This document shows positions 9,416 through 18,982 of a stretch of DNA of 64,000 nucleotides, piece after piece. Both the position numbers and the translations under genes were made by a program. Numbering within the stretch: position 1 is the stretch's first letter; the number at the start of each line of letters is the position of its first letter. The DNA is taken from assembly GCA_963749215.1 (NCBI GenBank), contig CAVVMA010000015.1, positions 277,915-341,914 on the forward strand, given 5' to 3'. Below the pieces are notes generated by a model, which searched no databases, was not told where the DNA came from, and worked only from the letters and a program-made list of their open reading frames with translations. Source of the stretch: an uncultured delta proteobacterium (GTDB taxonomy: Bacteria; Desulfobacterota; Binatia; Binatales; Binataceae).

Positions 9416-10726
9416 ATGCACGAAGCTGAATACAGATCGAAACTGATGACGCCGGCTGCCGGAGTAGAGCTTATTCCAGCGCGTGGGACGCTTTCGATGG
9501 GAATGGCGATCAGCGAGCCGCCGGCACTCCTACAGGCACTTGAGGACAGGGTGAAGCGCGGGGGGATCGAAGAGCTTCGAGTCTATTACTCGCATTCGGT
9601 CGCAGCCGCGGCGGCTACCATTCTCAAGTACGAGTACATGAACGTGATCAAGCCATATCCGTTTTTCCCCACCGTGATCGAGCGAATGCTGATCGAACGG
9701 GGCCGGCAGGACAATAGGCGGGTGGTCTTTTATATGCCGGGGAACTTCAGCGCCATGCCGCGCACCCTCGCCGCTATAGGAATCGACGCATTCGTGATGA
9801 TGGCCGCTCCGATGGATAAGGCCGGATTCTTCAGTTGCGGCACCAACGGAGACTATACGATCCCGACTGCGCGCGTTGCGAAAAAGCTGATCGTGGAGGT
9901 GAACCCGAAGATGCCCCGCGTTTTCGGAGACTCGTGCGTCCATATCTCCGAGGTTGACGCGATCGTTGAGAACGAAAGTCCGCTGTTTGCCGTTCCTCCG
10001 CGAGCGGCCACGGAACTCGACGAAAAGATCGGGAAAATTATCGTGGAGATGGTGCCCGATCGGGCCACGCTTCAGATCGGACTTGGCGGAGTACCAAATG
10101 CAGTCTGCAAAGTGCTGGCCAACCACAAGGACTTAGGCATTCATACCGAGTTGATGATGCCCTCGCTCGTCGCGCTCATTCGGTCAGGTGCAGTCACAAA
10201 CCGGTTCAAGAACCTCAACAGACACAAGAACGTATTCACTCTCGCCGCCGGCGACGAACCGTTCTACGAGTTCTTGAACGACAATTCGAGCATGGAGCTG
10301 TATGCGGTCGACTATGTCAACGACCCTTACGTGATCGGCCGGAACGATCGAGTGATATCGATCAGTGCTTTCCTGGAAGTCGGCCTTGACGGCGAGGTCA
10401 ACTCCGAAGCCATTGAGGGAAGGCAGTACAGCGCGCCGGGAGGCCAGTTGGATTTCGTTCGGGGGGCGCAGTTGTCCAAAGGTGGAAAGTCAATTCTGGC
10501 TGCATACTCCACCGCCGCGAAAGGATCCGTCTCCCGCATAGTCCCGAAAATTGAAGGGCCGACCACCGATCCACGGGCCGATACTCAATATATTATGACT
10601 GAGTACGGGATGGCTGACATGACCGGCAAATCCACAGCCGAGCGGGCCGAGGCGCTAATCGCCATTGCCCATCCCAGGTTCCGCGACCAGCTTGTCGAGG
10701 GCGCCAGGAAGCTGGGATATCTTTGA
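9416..10726 (+). CDS. Acetyl-CoA hydrolase / 4-hydroxybutyrate CoA-transferase family
   Basis: LQIGLGGVP, LGIHTE, GGQLDFVRGA, TEYG and IAHPRFRDQL motifs. Confidence 0.92.
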   Translation: MHEAEYRSKLMTPAAGVELIPARGTLSMGMAISEPPALLQALEDRVKRGGIEELRVYYSHSVAAAAATILKYEYMNVIKPYPFFPTVIERMLIERGRQDNRRVVFYMPGNFSAMPRTLAAIGIDAFVMMAAPMDKAGFFSCGTNGDYTIPTARVAKKLIVEVNPKMPRVFGDSCVHISEVDAIVENESPLFAVPPRAATELDEKIGKIIVEMVPDRATLQIGLGGVPNAVCKVLANHKDLGIHTELMMPSLVALIRSGAVTNRFKNLNRHKNVFTLAAGDEPFYEFLNDNSSMELYAVDYVNDPYVIGRNDRVISISAFLEVGLDGEVNSEAIEGRQYSAPGGQLDFVRGAQLSKGGKSILAAYSTAAKGSVSRIVPKIEGPTTDPRADTQYIMTEYGMADMTGKSTAERAEALIAIAHPRFRDQLVEGARKLGYL

Positions 10727-11928
10727 GCATGCGAACCGACGCTTGCGAACGGGAGTCCATTTTGAAGCCTATGGGTCAGTCTTTAACCTGCGATTGGGCG
10801 GGCAGCGCCCAGAACAATGAAAGCACTATTCATCAGCTTTCGCCGTACATTGGAAAACTTAAGTCATCCATGGCCGCGTCTCTCATTTCGCAGTTCACGA
10901 AGCGCGGCGAACTTGTTTACGACCCCTTCTCCGGATCCGGTACCGTCGCCTTGGAGGCCTGGTTCGCGGGCCGACATGTCGTAGCCAACGATCTCAATCC
11001 ATATGCCAGTCTGCTCACGCGAGCAAAGCTTTTTCCGTACCGCTCAGTTGAGGATGCCCTGCGCGACATCGAGCGGCTCAGCCTCGAAGCGGTGAAGTTG
11101 CAAGGCCGCTTCGATCTTCGGAAAGTCCCATCTTGGGTGCGGAGGTTCTTTCATCCCGATACTTTGCGTGAGACGCTTTCTTGGGCGAGTATTCTTGGGA
11201 AGCGACGCCGTTGGTTCTTGCTCGCATCGCTGCTCGGGATCTTGCACCATCAGCGTCCCGGTTTTTTGTCCTTTCCAAGTAGCCATACAGTTCCGTACTT
11301 GCGTGCGAAGAAGTTTCCTCGCGCTCGTTTCCCTGAAATGTATGAGTATCGCTCTCTGCGGGACCGTCTAGAGGCCAAAATAGAACGCGCATTTCGGCGG
11401 GTGCCGGAGTTGGATTTCAACATCAGACGAACCAGTTTCTGTAAGAGCGCAAACAACGTCGTTCTGTCGGCACCCGTCGATACCATAATTACAAGCCCTC
11501 CGTACATGCGACAATTGGACTACGGAAGAGACAATCGGTTGCGTCTCTGGTTCTTGGACGTCCAGGACTGGCGCTCTTTGGATGAGCTTGTTTCGCCCAG
11601 TGAAGATTCGTTTTTGAGCCTGATGCGTCGCTGCTTTACCCTCTGGAAAGCGGTCCTCAAACCTTCGCACTGCTGTGTCCTTATAATTGGGGATGCGTGC
11701 AGTCGCAATGACCGAGGAAACCTGCCTGACGTGGTCGCGCGCATCGCCACAGACGAGATTGGCGGATATTCGCGAGTGTGTGAGTATACGGATGCCATTC
11801 CGAATGAGAGGCGCGTTCGCCGTGGAATCGTTGGCAGCGTCTCCGAGACAATCGTAGTCCTTCGGAACACTGGCGTCTCAAGCTCATGGAGAGCATCCCG
11901 CGGGAGGACACATGCAACAGCTCTTTAA
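10723..11928 (+). CDS. Amino-DNA methyltransferase, probably N4-cytosine, alpha motif order
   Basis: N-terminal SAM-binding YDPFSGSGT and C-terminal catalytic ITSPPY. Confidence 0.85.
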   Translation: MSMRTDACERESILKPMGQSLTCDWAGSAQNNESTIHQLSPYIGKLKSSMAASLISQFTKRGELVYDPFSGSGTVALEAWFAGRHVVANDLNPYASLLTRAKLFPYRSVEDALRDIERLSLEAVKLQGRFDLRKVPSWVRRFFHPDTLRETLSWASILGKRRRWFLLASLLGILHHQRPGFLSFPSSHTVPYLRAKKFPRARFPEMYEYRSLRDRLEAKIERAFRRVPELDFNIRRTSFCKSANNVVLSAPVDTIITSPPYMRQLDYGRDNRLRLWFLDVQDWRSLDELVSPSEDSFLSLMRRCFTLWKAVLKPSHCCVLIIGDACSRNDRGNLPDVVARIATDEIGGYSRVCEYTDAIPNERRVRRGIVGSVSETIVVLRNTGVSSSWRASRGRTHATAL

Positions 11929-12997
11929 CACGCGAAACTACAGCATCCGTGACTTTGAGGAGTGGAACGAGCGAGGCGAACTTGTACTCGCTCCAAAATT
12001 CCAGCGCCGAGATTTCTGGAGCGACAAAGCACGTTCCTACCTTATCGACACCATCGTTCGGGGAAAGCCAATTCCCAAAATCTACATGCGCCAAGAGGTC
12101 AATCCCAAGACTCGCCGCGCGAGGCGCGAGATGGTGGATGGTCAGCAGAGGCTTCGCAGCGTGCTGGACTTTCTCAAGGATGGGTTCAAGATCAGCAAAG
12201 CTCATCACGAGGACTTCGGGGGTAAGTACTTCACCGGTTTGGACCAACACACGCAGCGCGACATTCTGAAGTACGAGTTTGTCGTCGATCTTCTTCAGGA
12301 TCTGCCCGACAATGAAGTCTACGACGTGTTTGCTCGAATAAACACTTACTCCGAGAAGCTGAAACCACAAGAATTGCGGAACGCGAAGTGGTTCGGTGAA
12401 TTCAAATCTGCGGTTTATCTTCTGTCTAAAGAATATGTGACGTTTTTTGCAACCAATGAAACCTTTTCGCCGAAATCAATTCTGCGCATGGCGGAGGCGG
12501 AGTTTATATCGCAGCTTCTCCTAGCTATCCATGAAGGGATCCGAGAGGGACAAAAGAGTGTTATCGACAATGCTTATAAGAAATACGATGACGACTTTCC
12601 ACGTCGTCGGCTTCATGAGAGGCGATTCCGCGAGACGATGGATACCATCGGAGGGATCGTCGGTGCAGACTTACCGCAACTGGAATTCCGTGCGACCAGA
12701 CTGTTCTACCCGCTATTCTGCGCAATGTTTCATGTGAAATTCGGTCTGCCAAGACTCCGCGCGCCAAGGGCTACCCTTAGGATCGCTGATTATCCGAAAC
12801 TGAAGAGAGTCTTAGAAAAGACCAGCGCACTGATTGATGAGATCAAAGCAGCCGAGGGTAGCACGAACGCTGTCGAGCTGTCGATCGAGGACCGAAGATT
12901 CTATGACGCCTACAATGAGCATTGGGTGCATGCAGACAAGAGAAGTGTCCTAACAGAGTATCTTTGCAAGAACTTCGTGAAGGCGCTGCGAGAATAA
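11912..12997 (+). CDS. DUF262 (ParB/Srx-like, GmrS-type) domain protein
   Basis: FQRR..W, YLIDTI..G.PIP, VDGQQRL and FARIN motifs; no C-terminal HNH (DUF1524). Confidence 0.9.
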   Translation: MQQLFNTRNYSIRDFEEWNERGELVLAPKFQRRDFWSDKARSYLIDTIVRGKPIPKIYMRQEVNPKTRRARREMVDGQQRLRSVLDFLKDGFKISKAHHEDFGGKYFTGLDQHTQRDILKYEFVVDLLQDLPDNEVYDVFARINTYSEKLKPQELRNAKWFGEFKSAVYLLSKEYVTFFATNETFSPKSILRMAEAEFISQLLLAIHEGIREGQKSVIDNAYKKYDDDFPRRRLHERRFRETMDTIGGIVGADLPQLEFRATRLFYPLFCAMFHVKFGLPRLRAPRATLRIADYPKLKRVLEKTSALIDEIKAAEGSTNAVELSIEDRRFYDAYNEHWVHADKRSVLTEYLCKNFVKALRE

Positions 12998-13001
12998 ACC
13001 G

Positions 13002-13661
13002 ATGGCGCAGCGCAGGCTACGTACCGTCTTGGAGGACTGCTTGCGGCGACTGGAAGAATCCAGGCGGCTCGCGGATGACGCCTATAGGTGGTCTTTGCCG
13101 GGAGCTTCAGGAATTGGCCCACGGATCAGTGTGAAAAGACGTGATTCTATGATGGAGCTGGCATTTCTGCGCACGTTCCTCGCTTGGGAATCTTTCCTGG
13201 AGGAGTCCTTCATTCTCTATCTCTCGGGGCAAAAGCCCCCTCGCGGTCGGCCCCCGGTTCGATACGCTTTCCCTCCTAACCACAAAGCGGCGATAGAATG
13301 GTTCGTTCCCGAATCGGGGCGCCCCAATTACGCACGATGGACCGTCGCGGGAGAGGTTACGACAAGAGCGGAGCGCGTTTTCCGAGCCGGGCGCCCATTC
13401 GCGGCTGTCCTCAGAGGAGGCCAAAACGTGCTGGACAAGTGTCGGACTATCAGGAATGCCATCGCGCATGAATCCGAGAGTTCTCGGACCAAGTTCGAGA
13501 CGCTGGCACGCGCCGAATTGGTCCCTTTACCTCTACCTCCGAGGTTGACCGTCGGAACCTTTCTTACTACGACTGTGCCAGCGTCCAGTCCACCTGTCTC
13601 ATTTCTGGACCACTACGTTGACAAAATCGACATTTTGGCGAAGCAGATCGTACGCTCTTGA
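13002..13661 (+). CDS. HEPN-domain protein (putative RNase)
   Basis: Helical protein with AWESFLEE and the Rx4H motif RNAIAH. Confidence 0.75.
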   Translation: MAQRRLRTVLEDCLRRLEESRRLADDAYRWSLPGASGIGPRISVKRRDSMMELAFLRTFLAWESFLEESFILYLSGQKPPRGRPPVRYAFPPNHKAAIEWFVPESGRPNYARWTVAGEVTTRAERVFRAGRPFAAVLRGGQNVLDKCRTIRNAIAHESESSRTKFETLARAELVPLPLPPRLTVGTFLTTTVPASSPPVSFLDHYVDKIDILAKQIVRS

Positions 13662-13712
13662 CTGCCCGGCGTAGGCGGCGTGAGAACTCACGAATGAAAA
13701 AAAGGCCAAAGC

Positions 13713-13859
13713 ATGCCGCGAAAGCCGCCCGATGCGGCGCCGGACGTCCTGAAAATCGAGGGTAATTGGAAAGAAGCCGTTACCAAGGCGCTTCAAGTGA
13801 GGAAGCCGCCCGGCGGCTGGCCGAAGCCGGAACCTCACCGACCGAAGGAATCAGCTTAG
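13713..13859 (+). CDS. Short basic hypothetical peptide (48 aa)
   Basis: Below the ORF-track cutoff: MPRKPPDAAPDVLKIEGNWKEAVTKALQVRKPPGGWPKPEPHRPKESA. Confidence 0.4.
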   Translation: MPRKPPDAAPDVLKIEGNWKEAVTKALQVRKPPGGWPKPEPHRPKESA

Positions 13860-13957
13860 CCTATGCGAGCGAAGTGAGCGCCGATGCGAGAAATGAAGCG
13901 GATTCAGGCACATGCTCCCGGATCGAATTGAGAGCGTCTCGGCCTTGGAGGCATGAA

Positions 13958-14389
13958 ATGCAGGTCACGATGATTGGATTCATCAGACGAGGAGTTTGTG
14001 CATCGATTGTCGTACTGATGCTCTCCGGGTTCGGCGCGATGAACGTCTGGGCTGGAACTACCGGCAAGCAGGATTTCGAGCAGAACTGCGCTTCCTGCCA
14101 TGGCAAGGACGGCAAGGGTCATGGCGAGGCGCTATATGTCATTCCCGGGATCAAGCCGCCCGATTTGACAGAATTGAGCAGGAACCAGGGCGGCGTGTTC
14201 CCAGCCGATCGAGTGTACCAATCCATCGACGGTAGGTCGGGCATTCCCTCACATACGCGCTTCGACATGCCGTTCTGGGGAACGAGTCTTCAGCAGGAAG
14301 GAAAAGAGTTCAGCCCGGAGAGCGAAGCGAAAGTCAAAGAGCGCATCTCAAATGTCGTGAGTTACATCAGGAGCATCCAGGAAAAGTAG
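13958..14389 (+). CDS. Monoheme c-type cytochrome
   Basis: Signal peptide, CASCH heme motif, MPFWG axial Met; GGAGG RBS. Confidence 0.9.
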   Translation: MQVTMIGFIRRGVCASIVVLMLSGFGAMNVWAGTTGKQDFEQNCASCHGKDGKGHGEALYVIPGIKPPDLTELSRNQGGVFPADRVYQSIDGRSGIPSHTRFDMPFWGTSLQQEGKEFSPESEAKVKERISNVVSYIRSIQEK

Positions 14390-14426
14390 ACGGCAGCGAA
14401 GTGCCCGATTTTGTCCCGCTGCCGGT

Positions 14427-16094
14427 ATGGAAATTCTGGAGAAAACGCGGATGTCGCCCGAGATCGAATCAGCGCATACCAACTTGCCGCCGCTGATCGA
14501 GGCGATGACCCATCCGGCCTTCTACCCCGATCCGGCGAATACAGTTGAATTGAGGCAGACTCATATCTCGTATGTATTTCTGGCCGGCGACTATGCCTAC
14601 AAGGTCAAGAAACCTGTCCGGTTTCCGTTCCTCGACTGTGCGAGGCTCGCTGAGCGCTACCGGCTCTGCGTCGAGGAAGTACGGCTGAATCGGCGCCTCT
14701 CGCCCGAAATCTATCTCGGTGTCTTCTCGATTCTCGAGCAGCGCGGTCGATTCGTGCTCGGGGACGATGCTCGCGCCTTCGATATGCGAGCCTGCGAGTA
14801 CGCGGTCAAGATGCGGCGGTTGCCCGAGGACCGGATGCTCGATCGGCTGGTTGGTGCAAAAGCGGTTGGCAAAGACACGATCGGAATGCTCGCGAGGCGA
14901 CTCGCCGCCTTCCATCGCGATTGCTCGGCTGTCCGGAGCTGGACCTACGGTTCGGCCGCGGCGGTCTGGCGCACTGTGATCCGCGATCTGAAGGAAGACG
15001 AACAGTTTGCCGGCTACACCATAAGCCGGCCACAACTGCGCGCTCTCGAAGAACATTGCCGCGCCTTCACGATGGCGCATTGGGAGCTGCTCAACGATCG
15101 GGCGCGCTACAAGCGCGTGCGTGAGTGTCACGGCGATCTGCGATGCGATTCGGTATGCGTGACGGACGGCCTGGTGATTTTCGATTGTCTCGAATTCAGT
15201 GAACGGCTGCGCTATTGCGATGTCGCCTCCGAGGTCGCGTTCTGCGCGATGGATCTCGACCGGCTCGGCGCGCGCGGACTCGCCGACGAGCTGGTAATGG
15301 CCTATGCCGAAGCGTCGAACGACGAGGCCGCAGCGCTGCTCGTCCCGTTCTACAAGTGCTTCCGCGCCACCGTCCGCGGCAAAGTCGAAAGCCTGCGCAG
15401 CCTCGACCGGAAGGTCCCGGCCGCGCAGCGCGAGCGCGCGATGGAAAACGCGCGCGCCTGCTTCGCACTCGCTCTCCGCTATGCGCAGGCTGCGACGCCC
15501 GCGCTGCTTGTAACGTGCGGTCTCTCGGGCGCCGGCAAGTCCACCGTTGCGCGCCTGCTTCAACTCCGCACCGGCTTCGAGATAGTCAATTCGGATCGGG
15601 TCCGAAAGCGTCTGGCGGGAGTCCACGAGACCGTGCATGTTCCCGAGGGCTATAGGGGTGGAATCTATGCGAACGACTTTACGAAGATGACCTATAAATC
15701 CCTACTGGCCGAGGCCGATGCCCGGTTGGCGGAGGGTTGCGGCGTGATCGTCGATGCGACCTTCAGAGCCTCGGCAGACCGGCGCCGTCTGCTCGATACG
15801 GCTGCCCGTCACTGCACGCCCGCGTTGTTCTTTGAATGTAAGGCGCCCACGGATGAAGTGCTTCGGCGCCTGCGCGAGCGCGAGCAAAAGTCCGGCGAAG
15901 TTTCCGACGCCACGCCGGAAATCTATCTGCGTCAGGCGGGCGAATTCGAGCCAATCACAGAGCTCTCCGAGCGCTCGCATCTGACGGTCGATACCACCGA
16001 GGATCACGCCGCGATCGGGAGCAGGCTCGAAGAAGCCGTGCTCCGATTGCTGCCTCGCGGCGCCGTTGGGTTCGAGCAGGTGGGTCCGGACTGA
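14427..16094 (+). CDS. APH-like phosphotransferase fused to a P-loop kinase (Rv2004c-like AAA family)
   Basis: QTHIS, ECHGDL, FDCLEF, then GLSGAGKS and VIVDATF. Confidence 0.9.
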   Translation: MEILEKTRMSPEIESAHTNLPPLIEAMTHPAFYPDPANTVELRQTHISYVFLAGDYAYKVKKPVRFPFLDCARLAERYRLCVEEVRLNRRLSPEIYLGVFSILEQRGRFVLGDDARAFDMRACEYAVKMRRLPEDRMLDRLVGAKAVGKDTIGMLARRLAAFHRDCSAVRSWTYGSAAAVWRTVIRDLKEDEQFAGYTISRPQLRALEEHCRAFTMAHWELLNDRARYKRVRECHGDLRCDSVCVTDGLVIFDCLEFSERLRYCDVASEVAFCAMDLDRLGARGLADELVMAYAEASNDEAAALLVPFYKCFRATVRGKVESLRSLDRKVPAAQRERAMENARACFALALRYAQAATPALLVTCGLSGAGKSTVARLLQLRTGFEIVNSDRVRKRLAGVHETVHVPEGYRGGIYANDFTKMTYKSLLAEADARLAEGCGVIVDATFRASADRRRLLDTAARHCTPALFFECKAPTDEVLRRLREREQKSGEVSDATPEIYLRQAGEFEPITELSERSHLTVDTTEDHAAIGSRLEEAVLRLLPRGAVGFEQVGPD

Positions 16095-16106
16095 TCGGGC
16101 GGTCGG

Positions 16107-17612
16107 ATGTTTCGCATCAAGCGTTTGCTCCTCGATACCCTGCGCGAGCACGTGATCGTGATCCATGAGCGGGCAGTCCGCGACGGCAACCTCGGGTTCA
16201 ATCCGCTCGATCGGGTGACGGTGTTCGGGATCGATCCGGCCACCGGCGGACGGCGTGAGATCACCGGCGTGCTCAACTTCTGCCTCGACACTCTGATCGC
16301 CGCCGACGAAATTGCTTTGTCGGAGCAGGCCTTCCGCGACCTCGGCCTGCCGGCGGGCGCAAGCGTGAACGCGACGCTCGCTGCGGCGCCCGGCAGCGTC
16401 GACCTGGTGCGCGCCAAGCTCAACGGCGGAAGGCTCGATCGCGCCGCGTTCGACGCGATTCTTGCCGACGTGGTGCGCTATCGATACTCGCGCGTGGAAC
16501 TTGCGATGTTCGTGCTCGCCTGCGCGCTCAGGAGGCTGGACCTGCCGGAGCTGGTCGACTACACGCGCGCGATGATCGCCACCGGCGAGACCCTGGATTT
16601 CGGTCCCGGTCCGATCGTCGACAAGCATTGCATCGGCGGCGTTCCCGGAAATCGCACAACCCTGATCGTAGTGCCGATTCTCGCCTCGCTCGGCGTGAGA
16701 GTGCCCAAGACTTCATCGCGCGCGATAACCAGCCCTGCCGGCACGGCCGACACGATGGGCGCTCTGGCCGAAGTGGCGCTCTCGCCGGAACGATTACGCC
16801 AGGTCGTCTCGGAGGTGGGCGCGTGTATCGCGTGGGGCGGAGCGCTGAGACTCGCTCCCGCCGACGACATTCTGATCACCGTCGAGCGTCCGATGGAACT
16901 CGACACCGAAGCCCAGATGGTCGCCTCGATCCTCGCGAAGAAGAAGTCGGTCGGAGCCACTCATGTTCTGGTCGATATTCCGGTGGGGCCCAGCGCCAAA
17001 GTCCGCACGACGGCGGGGGCGCATCGGCTTGCCAGTATGTTCCAGTCAGTCGCCGAACAGATCGACCTCGCAATTGAGATCGTGGTGACGCAGGCGGTCG
17101 GTCCGATCGGGCGGGGAATCGGACCACGGCTGGAAGCTCTCGATGCGCTCGCGGTCCTGCGGCGCGAGCCATCCGCGCCGGTGGATTTGCGAGAGAAGTC
17201 ACTCTACCTCGCGGCCAGGGCGCTCGAAATGAGCAAGGCAGTCGCGCCCCACGCCGGCTATCGCGCTGCTGAACGCGCGCTCGATTCGGGCGCTGCGCTC
17301 TCGAAGTTCGAGCAGATTATCGCCGCCCAGGGACGCCGCGATCTGCCGCCGCAGGCGCCTTATTCGTGCGTGATGCCGGCGGCGGCGGACGGCCGCATCC
17401 GTGAAGTGGATTGCTGGGAAATCGCGCGCATCGCCAAACAGGCCGGAGCACCCGCCAACGCTTCCGCCGGAGTCCTGATGCTGAAGTCGGTCGGGGAAGT
17501 CGTTCGCAGCGGTGAGCCGCTGTTCGAGATTCACACCGAGAGCGCGGCGCAACTCGAGTTCGCGCGGGCCTACGCAGACTCCCGTTCCGGCGTCGTCAGG
17601 CTCGGCTTCTGA
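16107..17612 (+). CDS. Thymidine/AMP phosphorylase family protein
   Basis: DKHCIGGVPGNRTT and KTSSRAITSPAGTAD, typical of the AMP-phosphorylase-like branch. Confidence 0.92.
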   Translation: MFRIKRLLLDTLREHVIVIHERAVRDGNLGFNPLDRVTVFGIDPATGGRREITGVLNFCLDTLIAADEIALSEQAFRDLGLPAGASVNATLAAAPGSVDLVRAKLNGGRLDRAAFDAILADVVRYRYSRVELAMFVLACALRRLDLPELVDYTRAMIATGETLDFGPGPIVDKHCIGGVPGNRTTLIVVPILASLGVRVPKTSSRAITSPAGTADTMGALAEVALSPERLRQVVSEVGACIAWGGALRLAPADDILITVERPMELDTEAQMVASILAKKKSVGATHVLVDIPVGPSAKVRTTAGAHRLASMFQSVAEQIDLAIEIVVTQAVGPIGRGIGPRLEALDALAVLRREPSAPVDLREKSLYLAARALEMSKAVAPHAGYRAAERALDSGAALSKFEQIIAAQGRRDLPPQAPYSCVMPAAADGRIREVDCWEIARIAKQAGAPANASAGVLMLKSVGEVVRSGEPLFEIHTESAAQLEFARAYADSRSGVVRLGF

Positions 17613-17864
17613 AGATCGCGATCCGCGGGGGCGCGGCGTAACGCCGGGCCTGCTCGCCGTCGAGGGAAAAGCCGTGCTGCGAAAGCCGGTGACGCCGATG
17701 TGATTGAGCCTCGCGCTGCGCCGCGAAAATGACATCCGACATTTAGACACGCTCTCAAGTGTTTCTTGGTGACTGGGAGCGTCTTCACGGGTTCAGTCAC
17801 CCGCAGAAATTTTGTGATCTGTGCTTGATCTTTAGGTTAACAATCTGTAGAGATTTGTAACTAA

Positions 17865-18971
17865 ATGTTTTATCGACAAAAGAAGACGATGTTACGCACT
17901 CAATGCGAAGCGCCCGCCGCCGGCCCGCGCCGCCTCGCGCGAGCGCTGGTCTGCGCGGCAATTGGCGTATGCAGCGCAGCTCTCGTTTGCGCATGTTCCG
18001 CGAGCTCTCACGAAGCCCGGAGCGTACCGGGTAACGCAGAGACGTCGAACATCGATGCGGGAAACGCGGTGCTGCAAAGCCGATTGGCAGATCCCGGCGA
18101 TCCGGGTCGCCCGCTCGGTCCCGGAGACGTGCTGAAAATCAACGTGGCAGGCGCCGACGAATTCAACGACTGCACGGTGAGGGTGTCGGGCGAAGGGACG
18201 ATCAACGCTCCGCTGGCAGGCATAATCCAGGCGGCGGGACTCAGCGAAGATGCGCTTGCTCATGAGTTGAGCGACCGTCTCAGAAAATATGTCCGGAACC
18301 CGCAGGTTCAAGTCTTCGTCCAGGAATACCGAAGCAATCAGGTCGGCGTGTTCGGCGCCGTTACCCGTCCTGGAGTCTACAACATCGCCGGCAGCGGCGA
18401 CTCGTTGCAGGACATGATATCGCAAGCCGGTGGCTTCACGCCAACGGCCGCGCGCCGCATCGAGCTCATTCCCGCTCGCCCTAACACCGCCGCACTCATC
18501 CCGGCCGGGAAGGCGGCGCACGACGGTGCGAGCGGCGTTGACCGCATCACGATCGATCTTTCCGATCCGCTCGGCGGCCGCTATCTGTCGGCTCCAGCTC
18601 ATATCGGCGACGTCATCTTCGTCCCGGAACTGGGTCAGGTCTTGGTCGAAGGATGGGTGGAGAAGCCCGGCTCTTACAGCATCAGCCCGGGGCTTGGCAC
18701 TTTGGGCGCGATCGCAGCGGCAGGCGGCGCGCTCTATCCGGCCGATCTCCATTCGGTAGGCCTGGTGAGGGTCAAGCCCGACGGCCGCACCGAGCTGAAA
18801 ACGGTTGATGTCGCCGCGATTGAGGCTGGAGAAACCCGCGACGTGCAGGTGCGGGACTCGGACGTCGTCCAGGTCGGCTACACGACTGCGAAAGCAATCC
18901 CGTACGGAGTCTACCAAGTCTTTACCGATGTCTTCCACGTTGGCGCCTATGTCGCGCCGGCTCTTCCCTGA
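17865..18971 (+). CDS. wza: Polysaccharide export protein (Wza/OPX, SLBB domains)
   Basis: Lipoprotein-like N-terminus, LGPGDVL, YVRNPQV, GAVTRPG, GWVEKPG. Confidence 0.85.
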   Translation: MFYRQKKTMLRTQCEAPAAGPRRLARALVCAAIGVCSAALVCACSASSHEARSVPGNAETSNIDAGNAVLQSRLADPGDPGRPLGPGDVLKINVAGADEFNDCTVRVSGEGTINAPLAGIIQAAGLSEDALAHELSDRLRKYVRNPQVQVFVQEYRSNQVGVFGAVTRPGVYNIAGSGDSLQDMISQAGGFTPTAARRIELIPARPNTAALIPAGKAAHDGASGVDRITIDLSDPLGGRYLSAPAHIGDVIFVPELGQVLVEGWVEKPGSYSISPGLGTLGAIAAAGGALYPADLHSVGLVRVKPDGRTELKTVDVAAIEAGETRDVQVRDSDVVQVGYTTAKAIPYGVYQVFTDVFHVGAYVAPALP

Positions 18972-18982
18972 AGGAGGCTTGC

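Noticed and set aside
14469-15638. Long minus-strand ORF (389 aa) and similar ORFs at 6522-7535, 17892-19133, 20291-21265, 32026-32991 and 60816-62291
   Set aside because: Antisense or alternate-frame shadows of well-supported genes, typical of high-GC DNA.
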